Notes: generated from the letters alone by a model not told the origin. Shown: positions 19,963-31,338, numbered from the stretch's first letter. The stretch is DNA of 64,000 bases from an uncultured delta proteobacterium (GCA_963755715.1 CAVWLW010000033.1:64001-128000), one strand, 5' to 3'. Made by a program: numbers and translations.

Positions 19963-21297
19963 CTACTCCAACTTTTTCTGAATATCTTTCGCGATGCGTT
20001 GGACTTCGTCCATGACCCGCAGGAGGTTGCCGCCCCAGAGTTTTTCGATCTGCTGTTCCGTGTAGCCGCGGCGGACGAGCTCTAAAGTCACGTTGAAGGT
20101 TTCGCTGGCGTCGTTCCAACCGACGACTCCGCCGCCGCCATCGAAGTCGGACGAGATGCCGACGTGGTCGATGCCGATTAACTTTACCGCATAGTCGATA
20201 TGGTCGACGAAGTCTTTCAGCGTGACGGGCGGGTCGCCGGGATATTCTTTGTCGATTTCGGCGAGTTTCCTATCGTATTCGGCGCGGCGATCGGCTGGCA
20301 GTTGGGTGAGCGCTGCTTGGAATCGCGCGCGTTGACCCGGGCCCGCGGCTTCCGGCAGATTGTATTCTTTTCTCACTGTTGCGAGCGCTGCAGTACGTTC
20401 AGGTGAATCGGGTTTTGTCGTCTTGACGAAGCCGCTATAAGCAACGACTTGGATCACACCGCCGCTCTTCTTGAGCGCTAAAAGTTGCTCGTCGTCCATG
20501 TTGCGGCTGACATCGCAGAGCGCTCGGGCGGCGGAGTGGGATGCGATGATCGGCGCCTTCGACAGTGCGGCGGCTTGCATCATCGATTCTTTTGACGCGT
20601 GCGCGACGTCGATCATGATGCCGAGGCGATTCAACTCGGCGACGACTTGTTTGCCGAGCGGCGACAAACCATTCCACTTCCAGCCGTCGCGCTCGCCGGT
20701 GTGCGAGTCGGCGAGCTGATTGTGGCCGTTATGCGTGAGCGACAAATAGCGCGCGCCGCGATCGTAAAATTCCTTGACGCGGGTGATTTCCTCGCCGAGC
20801 GGATAGCCGTTCTCGACGCCGATGAGAGCGACTTTTTTACCCTTCGCGTGGATTCGGCGAACGTCGGCGGCGGTGAGCGCGAGCTCGATCTTGTCCGGAG
20901 CGATCTCGCGGGTAAAGCGCTGGACCGCGTCGAATTTCTCAACCGCGAGTTTGTAAGCTCGCTCGTACCCGGCTGATGTGAACGCATCCGGATTCTGCGC
21001 TTCTCGCGTCTGGCCGACGTAGATGCTGAAGAACAACGCGTCGAGGCCGCCGTCGATCATATTTGGCAGATTGAACTGGGTTTCGAGACGCTGCGTGTAA
21101 TTGCGCTCGCCGGTCAGATTGGCCGGTTCGAAATCAATGTGAGTGTCGAGGTTGATCACTTTCTCGTGAATAGCGCGGGCTCGTTTGATCAGTGCGTCTT
21201 CGGCGGGCGAAGTTTGCGCGAACGGAGTTGAGTTAGGCACGACGATGGGCATGATGATCATCCAGGTAAGTAAAGCAAGTAGCGCATGACGAGACAT
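19963..21297 (-). CDS. Membrane dipeptidase (peptidase M19), secreted
   Basis: DTHID, GVENG, LTHNGHN, IDVAH, SHSAAR, HVGISSDFDG. Confidence 0.92.
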   Translation of the reverse strand: MSRHALLALLTWMIIMPIVVPNSTPFAQTSPAEDALIKRARAIHEKVINLDTHIDFEPANLTGERNYTQRLETQFNLPNMIDGGLDALFFSIYVGQTREAQNPDAFTSAGYERAYKLAVEKFDAVQRFTREIAPDKIELALTAADVRRIHAKGKKVALIGVENGYPLGEEITRVKEFYDRGARYLSLTHNGHNQLADSHTGERDGWKWNGLSPLGKQVVAELNRLGIMIDVAHASKESMMQAAALSKAPIIASHSAARALCDVSRNMDDEQLLALKKSGGVIQVVAYSGFVKTTKPDSPERTAALATVRKEYNLPEAAGPGQRARFQAALTQLPADRRAEYDRKLAEIDKEYPGDPPVTLKDFVDHIDYAVKLIGIDHVGISSDFDGGGGVVGWNDASETFNVTLELVRRGYTEQQIEKLWGGNLLRVMDEVQRIAKDIQKKLE

Positions 21298-21354
21298 TTC
21301 GAATCCTTTAGCGACTCAAGAAGCGATTTACAAACTCCCCGCATTCTCTTCCCA

Positions 21355-21627
21355 TCACGCAACGTCGAGCAATACACGTGGATTCTTGTCAGCGACGATA
21401 AGCAATGTTCTCGCGGCGCCAGACGGTGCTCGACGGCCTTGCTCCCAGTCCTGCAGCGTACGAACCGATACACCGAGCAACTGGGCGAATCGCGCTTGAG
21501 AAAGTCCCGTTTTTTCGCGAATGCCTGCAACATTGGGAATGGTTATAACACGGCCGTACTCGCCACGCTTGATTTCTCGGAGTCCTTCGAGGATTTCAAG
21601 ACCGATGTTTCGTTTGGATTTAGCCAT
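21355..21627 (-). CDS. HigA-type (NadS-like) HTH antitoxin
   Basis: IREKTGLSQARFAQLLGVSVRTLQDWEQGRRAPSG; overlaps the toxin stop. Confidence 0.88.
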   Translation of the reverse strand: MAKSKRNIGLEILEGLREIKRGEYGRVITIPNVAGIREKTGLSQARFAQLLGVSVRTLQDWEQGRRAPSGAARTLLIVADKNPRVLLDVA

Positions 21628-21934
21628 CTTCAATCTCCTTTCGAATCTGCCGAAGAACATGGGCCGGGATATTTTCAGTTACATTTTTGGGATACATCGT
21701 CAGCATCCAAATCATTCCTTGAGTGATTTTGGCGTAGTAGATTACGCGATAACCGCCTCGCTTTCCGCGTCCCGGTGCACGCCAGCGAACCTTGCGGATG
21801 CCACCCGAACCCGGAATGATGTCACCTGCCTCGGGATTTTCTAGCAGCGCGATCTGCAGGCGGCGATATTCGTCGTCACCCAAGTAGTCTTGAACGAGGC
21901 GAGTGAAGAGCCGCGTCTCGATAAAACTATACAC
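21620..21934 (-). CDS. RelE/HigB-2 family toxin
   Basis: FIETRLF...NPEAGDIIPGSGGIRKVRW...GKRGGYRVIYY; GTG start at 21934 proposed. Confidence 0.88.
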   Translation of the reverse strand: MYSFIETRLFTRLVQDYLGDDEYRRLQIALLENPEAGDIIPGSGGIRKVRWRAPGRGKRGGYRVIYYAKITQGMIWMLTMYPKNVTENIPAHVLRQIRKEIEDG

Positions 21935-21940
21935 TGAATC

Positions 21941-21968
21941 AGTATACGGCAATGCCGTATCTAGTCAA
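21941..21968 (-). promoter_or_regulatory. sigma70 promoter with a palindromic operator for the TA operon
   Basis: TTGACT-16 bp-TATACT; inverted repeat ATACGGCA-A-TGCCGTAT (21944-21960) overlaps the spacer. Confidence 0.7.
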
Positions 21969-22109
21969 GGGAGACGTTGAGAAGGTGACGATGAGCGGGT
22001 AGTGATGGGTATTTGGCGACTTCGATCGGTCCGTTTCCGGTATGCATCGCTCATGCGTTAGTTGGTCAGAGCTAAAGAATGATCTTGGACGGAACAAGCT
22101 CGCGTGCGA

Positions 22110-23815
22110 TTAATGACGTCGCTCGGTCGCTGTTGTGTAGCGCTCCAAGACGTGTTGGATCATGCTGCGGGCGAGCTCGTGCTCGCCGAAAAAAACCCTG
22201 CCAGCGTTTTCCTTTTCCAGCAACGCGGCCTCTTCTTCGCTGTGCGTGCGCACGATGATCTCGACTCGGGGGTTCACCGTGCGCGCGGTTTCGATCATGC
22301 GCCGAACATTGAGCATGTCTGGTATGGCGATTACGAGCAGACGCGCGCGATGGATATGCGCTTGGATCAGAACGGCGGGATCGGAGGCGTCGCCGGAAAC
22401 AGCCGGAATGTCGCTTGCGCGCAGCTTCTCGACGATCTCGCGATTCTCCTCGGCAACGACGAAAGGGATGCCTTGCGCAATTAAAGCTTCGCCGATCCGC
22501 CTGCCGACGCGGCCATAGCCGACCAAAACAACTTGTCCGGCGAGGCGATTGAGGTCTACGGTCATCGGCAGCGCTGCGAGGGGATCATCGGGACGTTCCA
22601 GGGCTTGAGCGAGTTTCGAGCGCGCGCGAATCCACGTCTGCGCCGGCTCGATGGCTTGAAACACCAACGGATTGAGCGCGATCGAGATAATCGCGCCGGC
22701 GAGAATAAGATTCTGACCTGCCGTGGGCAAAACGCCGAGGGACACACCCAGCCCGGCCAGGATGAAGGAGAATTCGCCGATCTGGGCCAGGCTCGCCGAC
22801 ACGGTGAGCGCAGTATTGAGAGGATAACGAAATAGCAGGACGAGAAAAAAGCGGCCAAGGATTTGCCGACGACGATGATCGCGATGACCACAAGCACGTG
22901 GAGCGGCTCGCGAATCAACACCTGTGGTTCGAAGATCATGCCCACCGAAACGAAAAACAGCACTGAAAAAGCGTCTCGTAGAGGCAATGATTCCTCGGCA
23001 GCCCGATAGCTCAACGGCGACTCGCGCATGACCATGCCGGCAAAAAAAGCGCCGAGGGCGAAGGACACGCCGAACAACGCGGCCGAGCCGTAGGCGATTC
23101 CGACAGCGGCAGCGACGACGCAGAGGGTAAACAGCTCGCGCGAACCCGTGCCGGCAACCTGCCAGAGCAGCCACGGGAAAACGCGCCGGCCGACAACCAG
23201 CATGAGCGCGATAAAGACCGCGACCTGGCTGAGCGTGAGCGCGAGGGTTGTCAGCAGACTCCGATCGCCGACAACCCGCGCGCTATCCCCGAGCCATGCC
23301 GCAAGCGGCGGCAGGAGCACGAGCACCAGGACCATGACCAAGTCCTCGACCACAAGCCAGCCGACGGCGATGTGGCCGTTGACAGTTTCTAACATCCCGC
23401 GGCTTTCCAGTGCCCTGAGAAGCACAACTGTGCTCGCGACTGAAAGACCCAGGCCGAAGACGATGCTGCCGGCGAGGCTCCAGCCCCACATCGCGGCGAC
23501 GGCCGTACCGAGTAAGGTTGCAACGGCGATTTGCACAATGGCGCCAGGCAGAGCGATGCGGCGTACGGCGAGGAGTTCGTCGAGGGAAAAGTGCAGACCG
23601 ACGCCGAACATCAAGAGCATCACGCCGATCTCAGCGAGCTGGTGCGAGAGATCGACATCGGCGACGAAGCCCGGCGTGGCGGGACCAATGATGATGCCCG
23701 CTATCAAATAGCCCACCAAAGGGGGCAATTTGAGACGAGCGGCGACGAAGCCCAGGATCAAGGCGAGCCCTAAAGCCGCGGCAATCGTGGTGATCAGGGT
23801 TACACTATGCGGCAC
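22110..23815 (-). CDS. ybaL: CPA2 cation:proton antiporter with C-terminal TrkA-N domain, YbaL/RosB-like (frameshift near 22845)
   Basis: LAEIGVMLLMFGVGLHFS, SLAQIGEFSFILA, VLVGYGRVG; the break is at a T6 run. Confidence 0.85.
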
Positions 23816-24087
23816 GCGTCATTTTGCCATTTTGAAACCTTAAATAAAGGACTGCGCTTTCAAATTCCGGCATTGCCTGTGAGCCCCCAGTGGACGCGAA
23901 TCTTCCCTGATACGCGATCGGCGCGAATTTGGCGCGAAAATCTCGCGTCGAAAAGGCGGGCACGAAGCAAGGATGACGTATTTGTCCGGCGCGCTATCTT
24001 GCCAGTCACCTTTGAGTTAATCTGCCCGCATTTGCGCAGCGGATGAAAATGGTTTTTCGCCGATAAGCTTCTGGGAGATTCGCTTCT

Positions 24088-25314
24088 GTGGAACGAAAAT
24101 GGTGGCTCGTCATTGCCGGCTGTATTACCCACGCCGTGAACACCGGTTTCAGCTACTTCGGCATGAGCGCGTTTTTTCCGTCCTTCGAGCGCGAATTCGG
24201 CTGGAGCCGAACGGCGATCTCAGGGGCGTTTTCCCTGGCGCGTGTCGAGTCGGGATTGTTGGGGCCCATCGAAGGTTATCTGACCGACCGGGTCGGTGCG
24301 CATCGCATGCTCTTCATCGGTCTGATCCTTTGCAGCCTCGGATTCATCACGCTCAGTTTAGTGGATTCACTGCCGATGCTCTATGGCGTGATCATTCTCG
24401 GTATCGTGCTCGGCTCCAGCTTGGGCTATAACATGCCCATCAGCGTTTTGATCGCAAAGCTGTTTCGCGAACGACGAAGCTTGGCCTTCGGCGTTTTTCG
24501 CATGGGGCCGGGCATCTCGGGGCCGCTAGTGCCGTTGGTCGGTTGGATGATCGGCCTTTGGGGATGGCGCGCCGCGGCGGTGATTTCGGGCATCATCATT
24601 TTCTCGATCGGACTGCCGATTGCCTGTTTCATTTACAAAATCTATTTGCAGGAAGAAGCGGCAATCTCGAGCTTCGAAGCCGGGAACACGCAAGCTCCGA
24701 CAACGCGTCGTTTGTCGAACGATCCACAGTTCACGTTGCGCGAGGCGATGCGACTGAAAGCGTTCTGGTTTTTGTCCACGGCGATGGCGCTGCGCCACAT
24801 GGTCACGGAAGGCGTGTCAGTTCACTTTGTGATCCTGCTCGTCGATCGCGGCTGGACGACGGCGGCGGCGAGCAGCTTGCTCGGACTCTCGGCGCTGATC
24901 GGCGCGCCGGCGCGCCTCGGCATGGGCTGGCTGGGAGATCTGCTCGACAAGAGGAAAATGATGATGGGTTTGCTCTTGACTCTGAGTTTTTCCGTCTTGC
25001 TGATGGGCTATACCGCAGAGGCGCTGATTTTCACGCCGTGCATGATTGTCTACTCGCTTTCCTACGGCGGTCTTGCGTCATTGCAGGAACCGATCCGCGC
25101 GGATTATTTCGGCACCAAGGCTTTCGCGACGATCCAAGGCATGAGCCGATCTATTACGACCGCCGGCACTTTTATGGGGCCGATCATCGCCGGCTTTCTC
25201 TATGACCTCACCCACAGCTACACGATTGCTTTCGGGATATTTGCGGCGGTTAGCCTCGGCGCGGTCGCGCTGTTGTTTTTGGCTAAACAACCGCAAGCGC
25301 CAACTTTATCGTAG
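24088..25314 (+). CDS. MFS transporter (OFA/MCT-like)
   Basis: About 12 TM segments; EFGWSRTAISGAFS, GYLTDRVG, DYFGTKAFATIQG. Confidence 0.85.
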   Translation: MERKWWLVIAGCITHAVNTGFSYFGMSAFFPSFEREFGWSRTAISGAFSLARVESGLLGPIEGYLTDRVGAHRMLFIGLILCSLGFITLSLVDSLPMLYGVIILGIVLGSSLGYNMPISVLIAKLFRERRSLAFGVFRMGPGISGPLVPLVGWMIGLWGWRAAAVISGIIIFSIGLPIACFIYKIYLQEEAAISSFEAGNTQAPTTRRLSNDPQFTLREAMRLKAFWFLSTAMALRHMVTEGVSVHFVILLVDRGWTTAAASSLLGLSALIGAPARLGMGWLGDLLDKRKMMMGLLLTLSFSVLLMGYTAEALIFTPCMIVYSLSYGGLASLQEPIRADYFGTKAFATIQGMSRSITTAGTFMGPIIAGFLYDLTHSYTIAFGIFAAVSLGAVALLFLAKQPQAPTLS

Positions 25315-25378
25315 TGGGTTCCGATATCGGCCCGGCGACGCCAGCGCTGCCCTCACGCAAGATTTTTAGATTCTCCCT

Positions 25379-25810
25379 ATGGCGGACAGGTTGGATCCAG
25401 TGTTCAAACCCAAGGACACGTGGCGTGCTCCGATGGCGCATATTGTGGTAGATACGGCTCAACTTCAAGGAATGAGATCGTGGAGACTGAGCTCAGCAGA
25501 GACGCTTGCTATGGCGCGGCGATCAGTCGCGAAGAGATCTCACGATCTGCTGGACAAATCGCGCGTGGAACCCGACGAGGAGGCGTTGGAGTCGCTGCTG
25601 GCGAATCTCGTGATCTGTCTGCAGAGTTTATTGGAAATCAATTCTTCAATTGTGACCGCCAACGGCCAATCCGCCAGTCTCGCCGGCGGTCTTAAATCAG
25701 TCAGTGGATTGGCCAACGAAATCTGTGGCGACTGCGTGCCGCACAGTTATGCGCCTGCTCTTAAAGAATCGATGGATCAGATCCAAGAGTTGGCGCGCAA
25801 GATCGCATAA
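25379..25810 (+). CDS. Hypothetical helical protein (alternative start 25433)
   Basis: Open frame filling the gap with protein-like composition; no family recognised. Confidence 0.5.
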   Translation: MADRLDPVFKPKDTWRAPMAHIVVDTAQLQGMRSWRLSSAETLAMARRSVAKRSHDLLDKSRVEPDEEALESLLANLVICLQSLLEINSSIVTANGQSASLAGGLKSVSGLANEICGDCVPHSYAPALKESMDQIQELARKIA

Positions 25811-25859
25811 GCGCTCAACTCGGCGTGAAGTGGCACTTTGCGCCAGCTATAAGTCCGCT

Positions 25860-26077
25860 CGGATATCAAGGCAAAATCGACAACACGACGATCAGACGAC
25901 CATCAAGAAAGCTGGCGGCGGAAAAGGGTTCTACGCTAGGTTCAGGTCGACACCAATCGCGGCGTGGTTCAATTATCCGGTGTCGTAGACTCGGCTGCGG
26001 AACGGAGTCTCGCTGAGCGAGTCACGCGTGGTGTCAGCGGCGTCAAGGGCGTAACCAACAATCTGCAGGTGAAGTGA
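25860..26077 (+). pseudogene. BON-domain (OsmY-like) gene remnant
   Basis: Stitched frames read IDNTTI...KLAAEK...VQVDTNRGVVQLSGVVDSAAERSLAERVTRGVSGVKGVTNNLQVK*; no start or signal peptide. Confidence 0.7.
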
Positions 26078-26087
26078 TCGCCAGCAG

Positions 26088-27096
26088 CTAGAAGTTGCAG
26101 CGCATTTCTTTCTCGAGCTCCGGCACCAGAGTGGGTTCGGCGACATCTTGAGGTTTGATCCCGCGCGCAGACGGAGTCGACGCTGCCGTCATTTGAACGG
26201 CGAGGTCGATGCCTTCGCTCTTTAAATGGGGCCGGGTCGGAATCACATCGGTCATATAAAGCCGATAGAGATATTCGACGGCCGCACCGTCTAGGTCCCG
26301 TCCGCTCTTGGCGACAAACTGCAGAGCTTTTGCCGTATCTTTTCTCGCGACCGCGATGCCTTCGCAGATCGCGCTCATGAATCGCTTCGCATCCTCGCGG
26401 CGTTCCTTCAAAAATGTCGCCGAGATCGCATAGTCGGCGCCGCCGCCGGCATAAATTTTTAGCTGCTTGTGGTCGGTCAGTCTGGTCAGACGGTTTAGTT
26501 TCCCGGTCTTCTCCAACTCATACATCGCTTCCGCGGTTACCATCATGCCGGCAACGTTGCCATCGAGGAGACTCTTGACTCGATCCGTGTTACGGCCTTC
26601 GTCGAAATGAACTAACGTTACATCCTTCTCCGGGTCGATGCCGAGTTTCCTGAGCGCCAGGCGGGTCAATTGATCCGGCGTGCTGCCCGGTTCACCGCTG
26701 CCGACTTTTTTCCCTTTCAGATCTGCCGCGCTCTTGATCGATCGCGTCAGCCAAAAACGCGGAGTAGTTGTAGCCGGTGTTGCCGACCAAAAGCATCGGC
26801 GCTCCGCCGGACGCGTTGTTGTAAACAATGTGGTTGGCGCTGACAACGGCGATATCGGCATCGCCCTTTTTCAAACCGGCGAGTAGTTTGTCATTGGAGC
26901 CGGGATTGGTCCAGGTGATTTTCAAGCCATTGCGTTCGAAGATCCCGGTATCGCGCGCCAAGTACATCGGCAGCTTGCTGATGTTCCAGGGCGGGTAGTA
27001 GAGGACACGGACGGGCTCACTTTGAGCCGTAGCAATCGAAGGAAAGAATGAGGCTAATATAACGGCGACGCGGGTCAGCATGGCTCGAGTGTTCAT
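26088..27096 (-). CDS. NMT1/THI5-like substrate-binding protein (frameshift near 26755)
   Basis: Signal peptide, LPMYLARDTGIFERNGL joins SIKSAADLKGKKVG. Confidence 0.8.
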
Positions 27097-27107
27097 GGCA
27101 TCCCGTC

Positions 27108-28812
27108 CTATTTTTTAAACGATACAATGAAATAGGCCGGCGCCGACTTCGAGGCGGAATCGCCTTGGCCGACCACGATGAGGGGGTAGGTTCCCGCTTG
27201 TTTGGTCAGCGCGGGCGGAACTGTGGCTTCAATCTCGCCGGGGCTGATGAATCGGGTTTCCAATTCCTTGCCGGCCAAGGTTGCTTTGTGGAAACGGTCG
27301 AAGCCGCGGCGCGTGGTGATCTTCACTGTCGCAGCGCCCGAACCCTGAACGACTGAACGCGGCGAGAGCTCTATCTCTTGCGGCGTCGCGCGCCACGGCG
27401 CGGATCGCAGGGATCGGATTCTTATGATTGGCGTGGAATTCGTGATCGACGATCTTACCGCCGAGCACGACTAGTTTGACGTTTTGTGTCGTCCAGACGT
27501 CTTTCAACGGATCGCCGTCCACGGCGATCAAGTCGGCAACTTTGCCGGGCTCGACGGTGCCGAAGTCTGTGTCTTTGCGAAATGCCTTGGCGACGTTGAC
27601 GGTCGCCGCCTGAATTGCCTGCATCGGCGTCAGCCCGGCTTCGACGAACATCACCATCTCTTGATGGACGCCGAGTCCTGGCAGGCCATTATTGGGATCC
27701 GATCCGGCGCGGATGAGACCGCCCGCCTGAACATAACGGCGGATAAGATCCTCTAGTTTTTTGTAGCCTTCGCGCGCGTTGTTGAGGCGTTCGGGCGGAA
27801 ACTTGGCGTACCGTTCATATTGTCCGAGCGCTTGTTCGCGCAACACGCCCGGCAAGTAGCTCGCCTCTTTGCGATCGAGGATTGAGAGTTCCCGTTCTTT
27901 GAAGCGCGCGACGCTCGGCGAAAGTGGCCGGTACCAGGTCGCGATGGTCGGGCTCCAAGAAACGTGTTTCTCGGTCACGGCTTTGACGATCCCGTCGAAA
28001 TTTTCCGGCTCATAATAATAGGATAAATCGGCGGTATTAATTTTTCCGGTCATGCGCCGTTCGTGAATCTCCCAGCGCTTTTTCACGTCGCCGATGGACG
28101 TCATGCCCAATCCCCAGTGATGCTCGACGCCGGCAAATCCCGCTTCCGCCGCCAGAAACGCGTCGAGACAATGGCAGGTGACCGGTAATCCGAGTCGGTT
28201 CGCTTCGGCGGCGCCGGCTTTGATCGCTTCTGGCGCCACGTACTCGTTGAACTTGATGATCTCGATGCCTTCCGCTTTCTTTTTCCGCACGGCGGCGACC
28301 GCCTCTTCCGGCGTTTTGATCAAATAGCCGCGCTCGCCGCGCAGGGCCCAAGCCGGCGGCGGGCCGACCAAGCGCGCGCCGGTCGACCAAATGCGCGGGC
28401 CCCGGATTTTACCGAGACTGGTTCCATCTCGCTGGGCCAGAGTCCATTCGTCGTCGTTCTGGGTTATATCGGGGCAGGTCGTGATACCGAGGTGGAGGTA
28501 AATCTCGCCCATGAAATCGAGCAGGTGGCAGTGACCGTCGATCAGACCCGGGAGAATCGTTTTGCCTTTCACGTCGATGACACGGGCATTTGGGGGCGCG
28601 GCTACTTCACCGCGTTTGCCGACGGCTTTGATGCGCTCGCCTTCGATGACGATGACCGCGTCTTCCATCGGCGCCCGGCCGGTGGCGTCGATGAGGGTGC
28701 CGCCCTGGATGACTAGCGGCGTCGCTTTCTGCGCGTGACTGGCAATTGGCAAGGCGAACGCCATGAAGCAGAGGACACAAGCTATAAGAAACTTCCTGTT
28801 GTTAATTTTCAT
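27108..28812 (-). CDS. Secreted amidohydrolase with a C-terminal Ig/IPT-like extension (frameshifts near 27390-27320)
   Basis: ILPGLIDGHCH, AGSDP, TPMQAIQAAT, GKVADL; tail ELETRFISPGEIEATVP...AGTYPLIVV. Confidence 0.8.
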
Positions 28813-28841
28813 TCTTGTTTTCCATTATTGATGATGGGGAG

Positions 28842-29834
28842 TCACTTGTTGATCGAGTCGATAAAGCCGCTTTTCTCCAATTGTTCGACCAACGACGTGT
28901 CGACGAACTGCTCCGGTTTGGGCAGCGGCTTTTTGCCGGGGAACTGATTCTCGATCATGAATTGAATCGCTTTCAAAGAGGGGCGCGGACTTCTTTGCAA
29001 CGTCGGCGCGTAATCCTGCCAGGTTCCCTCCAAAATCTCCTCGTCATTGAGCTTGCCGTATTTGCCGAGAACTTTCTTGCTGAACTCTTTGTCGGTGCGA
29101 TAACGGTGAATGCCGCGGGTGAACGCGCGTAGGAAGCGTAACGCGGTGTCGCGCTGTTGAGCGATGAAGGTTCGCGTCGTGATCACCGTGCCGTTGATGT
29201 CTTCGATGCCGAGATCACCAAAATTCACCAGCTCCCGCATGCCCAACTTTACCGCTTTCGGGTAAAGCGGGTAGCTCAAGGCGGCCACTTGCACGATACC
29301 GCTCTGCAAAGCGGCGAACGCTTCGGGCTGGGCACCGAAGGTCAGAATGGCGACGTCTTTGGTCGGCTCCAAGTTGAATTTTTTTAACGCGATGCGGAGC
29401 ACTTGATCGGAAGTCGACCCGAAGGTAGTGATCCCCGCCTTTTTCCCTTTCAAGTCGGCCGGCTGCACGATCTCGGGCCGTGCCATCAAACGAAACGGTG
29501 AAACCGTACCGGTGGCGCCGATAATCACAACATCGGCGCCAGCGGCAGTGGCGGTCAATGCCGCCACTGCGCCCGCCTGAATAATCGGCGCGCTGCCGCC
29601 AAGCATGGCGGCGACCATCCGGGTGCTTCCACCGACGCGGATCAATTCCACATCCAATCCTTCGTCGAGAAAGTAGCCGGCTTCCTTGGCAATCCATGCC
29701 GTGGCCCAGGAGCCGGCGAAACTGGGATAGAGAAGCCGCATAGAAGTCTTCGCCGAGGCGGCGAAAGCGGCTGCCGGAAATAGGAGAAAGAGAGCTAAAA
29801 ATAGCAGCGCCGTTCGTAAGCTGTTTCGCGCCAT
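28842..29834 (-). CDS. NMT1/THI5-like substrate-binding protein
   Basis: WIAKEAGYFLDEGLDVEL, DLKGKKAGITTFGSTS, FVDTSLVEQLEKSGFI. Confidence 0.88.
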   Translation of the reverse strand: MARNSLRTALLFLALFLLFPAAAFAASAKTSMRLLYPSFAGSWATAWIAKEAGYFLDEGLDVELIRVGGSTRMVAAMLGGSAPIIQAGAVAALTATAAGADVVIIGATGTVSPFRLMARPEIVQPADLKGKKAGITTFGSTSDQVLRIALKKFNLEPTKDVAILTFGAQPEAFAALQSGIVQVAALSYPLYPKAVKLGMRELVNFGDLGIEDINGTVITTRTFIAQQRDTALRFLRAFTRGIHRYRTDKEFSKKVLGKYGKLNDEEILEGTWQDYAPTLQRSPRPSLKAIQFMIENQFPGKKPLPKPEQFVDTSLVEQLEKSGFIDSINK

Positions 29835-29864
29835 GCGCACCTCCAAGTCGTTCGAGAAAAATTG

Positions 29865-30010
29865 TCATCCAGCGCTTGCCACGACTTCGCGGAACACGCG
29901 CATGAAGTTGCCGCCGACGATTTTCACAACGTCGGTTTCCGGATATCCGCGGCTCAGCAATCGGTCGCTTCTATGATCCCCGCGCAACGAGGCGCCAGTA
30001 TCTTCGATCG
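29865..30010 (-). pseudogene. C-terminal remnant of a membrane dipeptidase (M19)
   Basis: LLSRGYPETDVVKIVGGNFMRVFREV* resembles the M19 C-terminus (compare LVRRGYTEQQIEKLWGGNLLRVMDEV at 20 kb); nothing upstream matches. Confidence 0.6.
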
Positions 30011-30183
30011 TGATCATGTGCACGTTAATTTGCAGTTGGTTTCCGTGCTCGAGCGTTGTAAAGATTTGAAACTTAACCTTCGCGCGCAGAGAATACATCA
30101 AACCTGGTCCGTAAGAAAAGCGAATAGAAAGCAGTTAAGCATGGCTCGGACAGACCGATGAGGCAGCATCTTTTAGGTCACAA

Positions 30184-31338
30184 TTGGGTCCGGTTTTTTT
30201 CCTCGCCGTTATCTTTCTGATCAACTTTACATCGCGAATCATCCTCTCGCCGCTATTGCCGACGATCGAAAGAGAATTGGCGATCAGCCATAGCCAAGCA
30301 GGATTCTTTTTCTTTTTGACCTCCGGCGGTTATTTGGTCGGGCTGTTATTGTCGGGCTTGTTCGCGTCGCGCTCAACGCACCGGTTGGCAATTATTGTGT
30401 CGATCGCGGGCGTGGGGGTTGCGATGTTGACCGTTGCCTTCGCAACGAGCTTGTGGCTGATGCGCTGCGGTCTGTTCGGCGTCGGTTTCGCCGCGGGCTT
30501 ATATCTGCCCTCGGCAATCGCGACGATTACGTCGCTGGTTGACAAACGGCACTGGGGAAAAGCCATCTCGGTTCATGAGCTGGCGCCCAACGTGGCGTTT
30601 TTCGTCAGCCCGTTTATCGCCGAGTTATTTCTTCGCTGGGCGAGCTGGCGCGCCGCGCTGGGCTTCCTCGGCGCACTGTCGATCGCTGCCAGTGTAACGT
30701 TCAGCAAGTTTGGCCGCGGCGGCGGCTTTCTCGGCGAGTCGCCATTCTCCGCTACGTTCTGCGCGTTGGTGCGCGCGCCGGCGTTTTGGCTAATGGTCGT
30801 GCTGTTCGGTTTGGGTGTGAGCTCCACGATTGGCGTCTACGCGATGCTGCCGCTGTATCTGGTGACCGAACGCCACGTCGAGCCGAGTTGGGCCAACACG
30901 ATCGTGGCGCTCTCCCGTTCGTATGGTCCGATTCTTGCGCTGCTCGGCGGCTGGGCTTCGGATAAACTCGGAGCGAAGCAGACGATCGTCATCAGTTTGG
31001 TGTTCACCGGTGCCGCGACGTTGCTGCTCGGGCCGCTATCGGATCATTGGCTGAGCGTCGCAGTGTTGGTTCAACCATTGCTGGCAGTATGGTTTTTTCC
31101 GGCAGCCTTCGCGGCGATCGCCATGATCACGCCTCCTAATGCGCGCAATCTAGCGGTGGCATTTACAGTTCCCTTCGGGTTTCTCATCGGCGGCGGCGCG
31201 ATTCCCACTCTTATCGGAGCCATGGGCGACGCCGGTTCATTCGCCACAGGATTCATGTTGACCGGCGCTTTGATCGCCAGCGGGGGAATTTTAGGGCTGT
31301 TTCTCAAACTGCCTGCGGCGAGCGACGGAGAGAGGTGA
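30184..31338 (+). CDS. MFS transporter (true start may be ATG 30141 via a frameshift)
   Basis: NFTSRIILSPLLP, GKAISVHELAP, GGWASDKLG. Confidence 0.85.
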   Translation: MGPVFFLAVIFLINFTSRIILSPLLPTIERELAISHSQAGFFFFLTSGGYLVGLLLSGLFASRSTHRLAIIVSIAGVGVAMLTVAFATSLWLMRCGLFGVGFAAGLYLPSAIATITSLVDKRHWGKAISVHELAPNVAFFVSPFIAELFLRWASWRAALGFLGALSIAASVTFSKFGRGGGFLGESPFSATFCALVRAPAFWLMVVLFGLGVSSTIGVYAMLPLYLVTERHVEPSWANTIVALSRSYGPILALLGGWASDKLGAKQTIVISLVFTGAATLLLGPLSDHWLSVAVLVQPLLAVWFFPAAFAAIAMITPPNARNLAVAFTVPFGFLIGGGAIPTLIGAMGDAGSFATGFMLTGALIASGGILGLFLKLPAASDGER

